20,000 bases of DNA, taken from the IMG/VR virus record IMGVR_UViG_3300021400_001748. One strand, given 5' to 3'. The translations under genes and the position numbers were made by a program. The notes below the pieces were generated by a model that did no database searches, had not been told where the DNA came from, and saw only the letters and a list, made by a program, of their open reading frames with translations. How positions within the stretch are numbered: the stretch's first letter is position 1; each line of letters begins with the position of its first letter. Of this stretch, positions 8,928 through 15,507 are shown in pieces. Source of the DNA: an uncultured virus (IMG/VR IMGVR_UViG_3300021400_001748). Taxonomy: Duplodnaviria > Heunggongvirae > Uroviricota > Caudoviricetes.

Positions 8928-10487
8928 ATGGCAGAATATTACGGAATAGACGTTTCATCAAACAATGGAACTCCTGATTGGTCGAAAGTTTCAGGAGTTT
9001 CTTTTGTTATCATGAGAATTACTCAGAGATACGGAATTGATTCGAAATTTGAGCATAACTACGAAGGAGCTACAGAGGCTGGTCTTAAGCGAGGTGTATA
9101 TAGAGTATCCTATGCTACGAATGCCGAAGAGAGTAAGAAAGAAGCCGAAGATGTAATAAAGACATTATCCGGCAGAAAACTTAACTATCCGATCTTCCTT
9201 GATCTTGAATGGGAAGAACAGATGAAATTCGGCAAAGATAGGCTGGCTGAGATCATCAAGGCTTTCCGTGAAGTAGTTTTAAGTAACAGTTACAAGTTCG
9301 GGATCTACACGAATAAGAACTGGTATGACACTCTGATTTCTGATGAAATTAAATCAAAATGCGAGTTCTGGATTGCTTCTGTTCCGTCTACTGCTAAAGA
9401 CAATGGAACAAAGCAGGAAAGACTTAATCCGGGATTTGGTGTAGGCTGGCAGTATTCATGGGCTGGATCAGTTCCTGGAATCAAAGGAAATGTCGATATG
9501 GATGTTTTCTATAATGACTTTTCAGAAGGGGCAAAGGTGGAAGAACCATTGAGTGTTACAGCAAAAGATGCAATTCAGGTAGCCGAGGGATGGGTCGGCA
9601 GGAAAGAAGCAGACGGATCCCATAGAGCTATTATCGATATTTACAATTCTCATAAGCCTTTAGCAAGAGGCTATAAAGTTAAATATACAGATCAGTGGTG
9701 TGATACATTTATTTCTGCTGTCTATATTAGTCTTTCGGCAGTGGATCTGATCGGTGGCACTGAATGTGGTGTTGAAGAACATGTGAAACTCTTTAAGAAG
9801 GCTGGAATCTGGGTTGAAGATGGCAATACTACTCCTGAAGAAGGATGGCTTATTGTTTTTAACTGGGACGATTCTACGCAGCCTAATGACGGATACTCTG
9901 ATCACATTGGGATCGTTGAGAAAGTATCTGGTAAAACGATCACCACGATTGAAGGCAACTATAAAGATTCTGTAGCAAGAAGAACTCTTCAGGTTGGAAA
10001 CGGCTATATTAGAGGCTATGCAAGACCTAAGTATGCTGCTACAGCTTCTTCTGACATCTCTGAAGTTAAGCCTGAGAAGCCTGCTAGTTCTGGATCATCT
10101 GTTATTTCAGTAATTCCATCCACTTCTCATGCAACTCTGCGACTTAATTCTCCCGAGTATAACGAGATCAAGACGCTGCAGACCTATCTTAATAAGTTTG
10201 GATATGGTCTCGTTGTCGACGGACTCTTTGGCATTAAGACATACCTTGCTGTTCGTGACTTCCAGAAGACTCATGATCTGTTTGTTGACGGCATCTGTGG
10301 TCCTAACACCTGGAAGAAGCTTGATAGTCTCGTTGGAAGTTCAGGTAAGAAGTCTGTAAATGAGATAGCTAAAGAAGTAATAGCAGGCAAATGGGGAAAC
10401 CAGCCAGATCGCGAGAAGAAGCTTAAAGTTGCTGGGTATAATTATGCAGAAGTTCAAAATGCAGTAAATAAATTGCTTAAGAAGTAA
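8928..10487 (+). CDS. Multidomain endolysin: GH25 muramidase + CHAP amidase/peptidase + PG_binding_1 + CW_7
   Basis: GH25: GIDVS..NG, FLDLE, WQYS..G.V.GI.GNVD.D. CHAP: WCD.F.S and DHIGIVE...TIEGN. PG_binding_1: LQ..LN..GY.L.VDG.FG..T..AV..FQ..H.L.VDGICGP.TW. CW_7: EIAKEVIAGKWGN..R...L...GY.Y..VQ..VN. Confidence 0.92.
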   Translation: MAEYYGIDVSSNNGTPDWSKVSGVSFVIMRITQRYGIDSKFEHNYEGATEAGLKRGVYRVSYATNAEESKKEAEDVIKTLSGRKLNYPIFLDLEWEEQMKFGKDRLAEIIKAFREVVLSNSYKFGIYTNKNWYDTLISDEIKSKCEFWIASVPSTAKDNGTKQERLNPGFGVGWQYSWAGSVPGIKGNVDMDVFYNDFSEGAKVEEPLSVTAKDAIQVAEGWVGRKEADGSHRAIIDIYNSHKPLARGYKVKYTDQWCDTFISAVYISLSAVDLIGGTECGVEEHVKLFKKAGIWVEDGNTTPEEGWLIVFNWDDSTQPNDGYSDHIGIVEKVSGKTITTIEGNYKDSVARRTLQVGNGYIRGYARPKYAATASSDISEVKPEKPASSGSSVISVIPSTSHATLRLNSPEYNEIKTLQTYLNKFGYGLVVDGLFGIKTYLAVRDFQKTHDLFVDGICGPNTWKKLDSLVGSSGKKSVNEIAKEVIAGKWGNQPDREKKLKVAGYNYAEVQNAVNKLLKK

Positions 10488-10499
10488 GGAGGTGCAACA

Positions 10500-10991
10500 G
10501 TGGAAGATAGTAGAAACATTATTAAAGCTATTGATGCCTTGACTTTAAAAGTAGGCGGAGAAGTAGTCGATAGTAAAAATATTACCGAAGCTATCGATAA
10601 TTTAAAAGCCGTGTATGATCAGAAAGCTATCAGGATCGATAAGACTTTAACACAGGAAGGTCTTGCTGCTGACGCTAAGGCTGTCGGGGATGTGAGAGAT
10701 AAAATCACAAAATTGTCATATAGTTTTTCTTACAATCAAGTCGTATCAATAACGTCATCGTCAGTAGTTAGCATGTGGTTTGGCAGTTTGATCTCAATTG
10801 GTGAACATCTACTATATGTGTATATTAAAGGCACTACTGCTGTGGTCAATGCAATATGCGGGAGTGCTTCTTCAATAGCTATAGAAAGCTTAGATAACGG
10901 AATATCTATAAAAAATAATGCTGCTGGAACTAGGGGCAGATTAATGATATTCCCAGATGATAAAGAGCTTCTTAATATAACGGTTTTGTAA
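10500..10991 (+). CDS. Hypothetical protein, 163 aa, possible short fibre/accessory structural protein
   Basis: GTG start with AAGGAGGTG RBS. N-terminal duplication DSRNIIKAIDAL/DSKNITEAIDNL, fibre-type motif IDKTLTQEGLAADAKAVG, beta-rich C-terminus. Confidence 0.65.
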   Translation: MEDSRNIIKAIDALTLKVGGEVVDSKNITEAIDNLKAVYDQKAIRIDKTLTQEGLAADAKAVGDVRDKITKLSYSFSYNQVVSITSSSVVSMWFGSLISIGEHLLYVYIKGTTAVVNAICGSASSIAIESLDNGISIKNNAAGTRGRLMIFPDDKELLNITVL

Positions 10992-10997
10992 TTATAT

Positions 10998-11390
10998 ATG
11001 TTTATTTATTTAAACATGAATCCAGAAGCAAAAGAGACATTCGACTGTGTAATCAGAGCTGTCTCTTTTGTTTTGGGATTAGACTGGGATACAACGTTCC
11101 TCTACATAGCTGTCGAGTGTCTAATTCATCATGACATGCCAGAGCAGAACTATATTTGGGCAGGATTACTTAGGAAGATGGGGTTTAAACGTTACATTAT
11201 TCCTGATACCTGCCCTGTTTGCTATACGGTGAAAGATTTCTGCTATGACCATCCTTATGGAACTTATCTTCTTGTGATCATAAGTCATGGAGAAGGCGGT
11301 GGACATGTCGTAGCTGTAGAGGATGGAAATTACTATGATATTTGGGACTCTGGCGATGAAGTACCAACATATTATTGGGTGAAAGCATAA
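10998..11390 (+). CDS. Putative small papain-fold cysteine peptidase, 130 aa
   Basis: NP......DC17VIRA at a helix start, GH103VVAV on a strand and YYD114.WDSG give the Cys-His-Asp order of papain/C39-like peptidases. Extra CPVC motif. No clear SD sequence. Confidence 0.65.
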   Translation: MFIYLNMNPEAKETFDCVIRAVSFVLGLDWDTTFLYIAVECLIHHDMPEQNYIWAGLLRKMGFKRYIIPDTCPVCYTVKDFCYDHPYGTYLLVIISHGEGGGHVVAVEDGNYYDIWDSGDEVPTYYWVKA

Positions 11391-11408
11391 GAGAAGGGAG
11401 ATCGAATT

Positions 11409-11894
11409 ATGTCATATAATTATTCACAGTATCAACCTGGATACTATCAGGGCAATGGAAATGTGTATCCTCAGCAGAATCCGTATTATCAAACTGCTGT
11501 GAATACTCAGCAATATTCCGGCGGTGGAATGCAAACAGCTGCTCCAATGGCTCAAATGCAGCAGCCTATGAGTCAGCAGAGTGCTTCATCTGGAATTAAT
11601 TGGGTTCAGGGTAGAGCAGGTGCAAATTCGTTTTATGTTGCTCCTGGACAGTCGGCTCTTTTGATGGACAGTGAAGATTCTGTTCTCTATGTGAAGTCCG
11701 TTGATATGACTGGAAGACCGATGCCTCTTGAAATCTATGATCTGGTTAAGAGAGACAGCGTTGTCGATGTTCCTCAGATTTCTCAGAGACAAGCTCCAGC
11801 ATCACAGCCTACACCGGATATGAGCCAATATGTAAAGGCTTCTGATCTTGAATCTATGGTCGAGAAGTACGTGAATAAAGCTTTGGAGAAATGA
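11409..11894 (+). CDS. Hypothetical protein, 161 aa, Q/Y/N-rich low-complexity N-terminus plus small beta domain
   Basis: AAGGGAG RBS. The first ~60 aa are Q/Y/N/G/P-rich, followed by INWVQG..GA.SF.VAPG....LMDSE....Y.KS.D..G.P and a short C-terminal helix. Confidence 0.8.
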   Translation: MSYNYSQYQPGYYQGNGNVYPQQNPYYQTAVNTQQYSGGGMQTAAPMAQMQQPMSQQSASSGINWVQGRAGANSFYVAPGQSALLMDSEDSVLYVKSVDMTGRPMPLEIYDLVKRDSVVDVPQISQRQAPASQPTPDMSQYVKASDLESMVEKYVNKALEK

Positions 11895-11904
11895 GGCTAT
11901 TTGT

Positions 11905-11970
11905 ATGACAACTGAAGTCATTGTAATAATTGTACTTCTTTTGATGATATGGGTTATAGCTACAATGTAA
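11905..11970 (+). CDS. Unannotated 21-aa single-transmembrane peptide MTTEVIVIIVLLLMIWVIATM
   Basis: GAGG (11893-11896) lies 8 nt before ATG 11905; stop TAA 11968-11970. It fills the gap between two operon genes and is almost wholly hydrophobic. Confidence 0.6.
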   Translation: MTTEVIVIIVLLLMIWVIATM

Positions 11971-11982
11971 GAGGTGAATAAC

Positions 11983-12210
11983 ATGCCAAATCCCTTATTC
12001 AGTAGATTTGGAGGAGGATCAGGTCCAAAAATGCCTGGTCCTTTTTCTAATTTTATGAACATGATGAGCCAGTTCAAACAGTTCAGAAGTCAGTTTCAAG
12101 GGGATCCTAGGCAGCAAGTTCAGGAGCTTTTGAATTCTGGACAGATGACTCAGGAGCAATTTAATCAGTTAAGTAACATGGCCAACCAATTTAAAGATAT
12201 GCTCGGATGA
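11983..12210 (+). CDS. Hypothetical Met/Gln-rich helical protein, ~75 aa
   Basis: GAGGTG (11971-11976) precedes ATG 11983, a better start than GTG 11974. MPNPLF...FKQF...GDPRQQVQELLNSGQMTQEQFNQL. Confidence 0.8.
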   Translation: MPNPLFSRFGGGSGPKMPGPFSNFMNMMSQFKQFRSQFQGDPRQQVQELLNSGQMTQEQFNQLSNMANQFKDMLG

Positions 12211-12398
12211 TAATGCGTGCTGTCATCTGACATCTTTATGCATGAGTATGCGAACAAAAGGTCATGCTTTTAAGTTTCTTTACAATAGAATATGGAGCTC
12301 GTAGGGCTTGAATTGACTTGCTGCTTGAATTGCATCTTTTAGCCATAACATAAAGTGTTTACAAGTCCGTTTAGCTTTTGATTTATCTAAATTAATTC

Positions 12399-12446
12399 AA
12401 AATGCGAGCCAATTTAAGAGTTTCTAAGTAACTCGTTAAGCGTTTT
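12399..12446 (+). promoter_or_regulatory. Stem-loop immediately upstream of the RBS of the 277-aa gene
   Basis: AAAATGC (12399-12405)/GCGTTTT (12440-12446), TTAA/TTAA and GAGTT (12418-12422)/AACTC (12430-12434) pair up. AAGGAGG follows at 12451. Confidence 0.45.
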
Positions 12447-12467
12447 CTAAAAGGAGGAATATTTAAT

Positions 12468-13301
12468 ATGTCCTTGGTAAACGATGGAGCTGGTAATATG
12501 GTCATGCCTGTAGGTCCTATGGGCGGATATGGAAATGGTAGTCTTGGATGGGGAGGAGATGGATCTTTCTGGATCATTATTCTTTTCCTGTTTGCTATGA
12601 TGAATGGCAACTGGGGCGGCTTTGGAAACAATGGCGGTGGTGCTATGCCGTACATCATGAATAATACCACGAATAGCGACATGCAGAGAGGATTCGATCA
12701 GCAGGCTATTATGGGCGGCATCAACGGAATTAACACTGCTCTTGCCAATGCTGAAGTTTCTAGATGTAATGCTCAGGCTAACATTCTTCAGACACTTAAC
12801 CAGAATCAGACAGCTGCTAATCAGGCAATGAATTCTCTTGCCATGAGTCTTCAGAACTGTTGCTGTGAGAATAGAGCAGGTCTTGCTGATCTTAAGTACA
12901 CTGTTGCTACAGAGGCTTGTGCTGATCGCCAGGCTGTTACGAATGCTCTGTTCGATGTGACTACTGCTAACAACAATAATACGCAGCAGCTCGCGAATGC
13001 AATCAATAACGGTATTCAGTCTATTCAGGATAAGCTTTGCAGTCTTGAGCTTGAAGGTGTTAAGAATCAGCTTGCTCAGGCAAATAGAGAGAATGCAGCT
13101 CTTCAGTCTCAGCTTGCTGTATCTAATCAGAATGCTCTCATTCAGCAGGGATTTGCAAACGAGGTAGACAATCTCTACAATCGTCTGAATAATTGTCCGG
13201 TTCCTACCACTCCTGTTTATGGTCGCACTCCGATCTTTACCTGCAATAACGGCATGAGTGGATGCGGATGTGGCTGTGGCGCTAACGGCTTCGTAGCATA
13301 A
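12468..13301 (+). CDS. Gly/Asn/Cys-rich protein, 277 aa: hydrophobic segment, coiled coil, GCGCGC tail
   Basis: Strong AAGGAGG RBS. Gly-flanked FWIIILFLFAMM segment, long N/Q/A-rich helical region with CCCENR, C-terminal P.P.TP.Y...C..GCGCGC. 11 Cys in total. Confidence 0.85.
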   Translation: MSLVNDGAGNMVMPVGPMGGYGNGSLGWGGDGSFWIIILFLFAMMNGNWGGFGNNGGGAMPYIMNNTTNSDMQRGFDQQAIMGGINGINTALANAEVSRCNAQANILQTLNQNQTAANQAMNSLAMSLQNCCCENRAGLADLKYTVATEACADRQAVTNALFDVTTANNNNTQQLANAINNGIQSIQDKLCSLELEGVKNQLAQANRENAALQSQLAVSNQNALIQQGFANEVDNLYNRLNNCPVPTTPVYGRTPIFTCNNGMSGCGCGCGANGFVA

Positions 13302-13313
13302 GGAGGCGATACT

Positions 13314-13769
13314 ATGGCTGAATTTACTTATAATCCGGTTCAGCTTGTGCAGCCTAATCAGCCCGTTATTCTTAATGATTCAATCAGGTGTAATAAGGGC
13401 TATGTGCTTCACAGAAATGAATCTGGACTTGTAACTCTCCGTGGTATTGTGAATAATCCTTGCTCTTGCTTTGCCAGGTATCAAGTGACATTTAATGCCA
13501 ATATTGCTGTACCTGAAGGCGGAACAGTAGGACCTATTGCCGTCGCTCTTGCTATCGATGGTGAATCTATTCTTACAAGTAGGGCTATTGTAACACCAGC
13601 AGCTGTTGATGACTATTTCAACGTGACTTCTACTGCATTCATTACAGTTCCTGCTGGGTGCTGTATGCATGTTTCTGTGGAGAATGTATCGGTTGGTGCG
13701 ACTCCTGCTGATCCTGCTCCTGCGATCAATGTACAGAATGCGAATCTCGTAGTCACAAGAACAGCTTAA
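13314..13769 (+). CDS. Beta-sandwich protein, 151 aa (BclA-CTD/C1q-like suspected)
   Basis: AAGGAGG RBS. All-beta alternation (YQVTFNANIA, IAVALAIDGE, NVTSTAFITV, VSVEN, NANLVVTR) resembling BclA C-terminal jelly-roll domains; 5 Cys. The fold is inferred. Confidence 0.7.
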   Translation: MAEFTYNPVQLVQPNQPVILNDSIRCNKGYVLHRNESGLVTLRGIVNNPCSCFARYQVTFNANIAVPEGGTVGPIAVALAIDGESILTSRAIVTPAAVDDYFNVTSTAFITVPAGCCMHVSVENVSVGATPADPAPAINVQNANLVVTRTA

Positions 13770-13786
13770 GAAAGGAGGGAGATCCC

Positions 13787-14182
13787 ATGAAAGAACTTGA
13801 GAATCTGAAAGAATTATATTTGGATGAAATTAAGGCTATCAACAAAAAGGGAGAACTCACTCCTACTGATGCTGAAGCTGCAAAGAAAGCGCTCGAAGCT
13901 ATCGAAAAGATCAATAAACTTTGCTGTGACGAAGAGTACGAGGACGAAGGATATTCTGAAAGGATGTATCCTCGCTACTCTATGAATCGTTCCTACAGAA
14001 GCATGATGCCTGAGATGAGACCGTATGACTATGATGATCATATGAATCGCACTGGTTATAGTGAAAGAAGAGGCAGAAGTGCTACCACAGGACGTTATAT
14101 TTCAAGACACGCTGGAAGTGATAACGATAACATGGTTATTGATGACATTATCGCTAAGCTTGAGAACATGAAGAACTATTAA
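13787..14182 (+). CDS. Hypothetical protein, 131 aa
   Basis: AAAGGAGG RBS. Helical charged N-terminus, an R/Y/M/D-rich disordered middle and the motif RRGRSATTGRYISR. Confidence 0.8.
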   Translation: MKELENLKELYLDEIKAINKKGELTPTDAEAAKKALEAIEKINKLCCDEEYEDEGYSERMYPRYSMNRSYRSMMPEMRPYDYDDHMNRTGYSERRGRSATTGRYISRHAGSDNDNMVIDDIIAKLENMKNY

Positions 14183-14224
14183 CTTTTAAACAGTATGTAA
14201 TGATTTAACCTGGAGGCATATCGA

Positions 14225-14785
14225 ATGTCCATAGATGAAATCTTTTCCAAAATGTCTGAGCATATGGTAAAAGGAATGATGGTTCATGAGCAGCTTATGA
14301 ATTCCTATTTATATTTGGGACTCAAAGGCTATGCTGCTTGTCACGAGTATCATTATCTTGAAGAGACAAAGGGACATATACGGCTTAACACATACAAGAT
14401 TGAACATTATGATTCGCTTGTACTGGGAACGTTTGATAGATCTGATGTTCCTGAAATTGTCCCTAAGTCATGGTTTAACTTCAAGCGGAATACAGTTGAC
14501 ATTAATACTCGTAAACAGGCAATAGCAGCTGCTTATGATGAATGGATTAATTGGGAGACTGAAACTAAAGCTCTATACGAGGAGATCTATTCGGATCTGA
14601 TTAATCAAGGTGAAATCTCTTTATCTGAATTCGTGAAAGAATACATTTTAGACGTTGAGGAAGAGTTGGTTTATGCTAAATCTGAGAGACTCTCTAAATC
14701 ATCTATGGACTTCGACATAGTCTCCATTTTAGAAGAGCAAGAGCAGTATGAACGTTCTTTTAAAAAGAAGATCCGTAAAGGGTAA
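14225..14785 (+). CDS. Ferritin-like four-helix bundle protein, 186 aa
   Basis: GGAGG RBS. Helix A/B pattern H..L...Y..LGL.GYA..H.....EE..H..L..Y and helix C/D pattern W..WE..T..LY......L...G......V......V.EE follow the ferritin superfamily. Confidence 0.7.
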   Translation: MSIDEIFSKMSEHMVKGMMVHEQLMNSYLYLGLKGYAACHEYHYLEETKGHIRLNTYKIEHYDSLVLGTFDRSDVPEIVPKSWFNFKRNTVDINTRKQAIAAAYDEWINWETETKALYEEIYSDLINQGEISLSEFVKEYILDVEEELVYAKSERLSKSSMDFDIVSILEEQEQYERSFKKKIRKG

Positions 14786-14815
14786 ATCATTTCATACTTC
14801 TCGTGTGGAGGACGT

Positions 14816-15163
14816 ATGGAAATTCTGAGTTATATCTCTGCACACTGGATTGAGTGGCTCTTCATGATCGTTACTGCTATCATAGGATTCGGTTATAGAA
14901 CTGTTCTTAAGAGATTGCAAGAAGAAAAGCAGCGAAATGAAGCCATTGCTGAAGGTGTGCAGAGCCTTTTAAGAGAAAGTATTGTAAACAGTTACAACAA
15001 GTATCAGGATAAAGGCTTTTGTCCGATTTATGCGAAAGAAAGTATTCGTAAAGTTTATTTAGCATATCATAACCTTGGCGGAAATGATGTGGCTACAAAT
15101 CTTTACAATAATGTTCTTAACATGAGGGAAGAGCCAGAAGGTAAAGAGAAGAATGAGCAATAA
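14816..15163 (+). CDS. Holin-like/lysis-associated membrane protein, 115 aa
   Basis: One N-terminal TM segment (WIEWLFMIVTAIIGFGY), a coiled coil and a Y..Y..LGGN motif of the type seen next to holins in Firmicutes phages. GGAGG RBS. Confidence 0.65.
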   Translation: MEILSYISAHWIEWLFMIVTAIIGFGYRTVLKRLQEEKQRNEAIAEGVQSLLRESIVNSYNKYQDKGFCPIYAKESIRKVYLAYHNLGGNDVATNLYNNVLNMREEPEGKEKNEQ

Positions 15164-15383
15164 AGTATATGATATTTTAAAATTCATTGCACAGATCGTA
15201 CTGCCTGCCATTGCAACTTTTTATGTGACAATTGCAGGTATCTGGAATCTGCCACTTGGGGATGAAATCAGTCGTACTGTTATGGCCATTGATACTCTTC
15301 TTGGTGCGATTCTTATGATCTCGACTGCTTCGTATAAGAAAGGACTTTTAGAAGAGAAGCCAGAAGTAGAAGCAGAGGAATAA
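15153..15383 (+). CDS. Holin, phage Dp-1 type, 76 aa
   Basis: MSNKVYDILK.IA.IVLPA.ATFY......W.LP...I..T..AIDT.LGA.L.IS is the recognisable Dp-1 holin pattern, with two TM segments and a charged C-terminus. Confidence 0.85.
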   Translation: MSNKVYDILKFIAQIVLPAIATFYVTIAGIWNLPLGDEISRTVMAIDTLLGAILMISTASYKKGLLEEKPEVEAEE

Positions 15384-15386
15384 CAA

Positions 15387-15426
15387 AAGGCTGATGGTAG
15401 GTGAAATAATGCTTATCATCAGCCTT
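15387..15426. terminator. Long hairpin after the holin (probable terminator)
   Basis: AAGGCTGATGGTAGGT / GCTTATCATCAGCCTT form a 16-bp stem including G-U pairs, with A/T-rich flanks on both sides. Confidence 0.65.
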
Positions 15427-15448
15427 ATTATATTTGAAAAATAAAGCT

Positions 15449-15472
15449 CACAGCTTTTACATAGACTATAAT
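15449..15472 (+). promoter_or_regulatory. Promoter-like motif copy 1 (C.CA.CTTTTACAT...CTATAAT) upstream of the spike gene
   Basis: CACAGCTTTTACATAGACTATAAT, 19/24 identical to 19731-19754. Ends in a perfect -10 TATAAT and lies just after a terminator. Confidence 0.6.
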
Positions 15473-15507
15473 TTTTTAATTCGCATGTAAAAGAAAGGAG
15501 AAGGTAA

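Noticed and set aside
12240..12269. Sporulation sigma-G-like promoter GCATG-N18-CATGCTT before the cassette core (also sigma-K-like CATAGACTA at 15460)
   Set aside because: Short degenerate matches with mismatches or no matching -35 element; expected by chance in AT-rich DNA.
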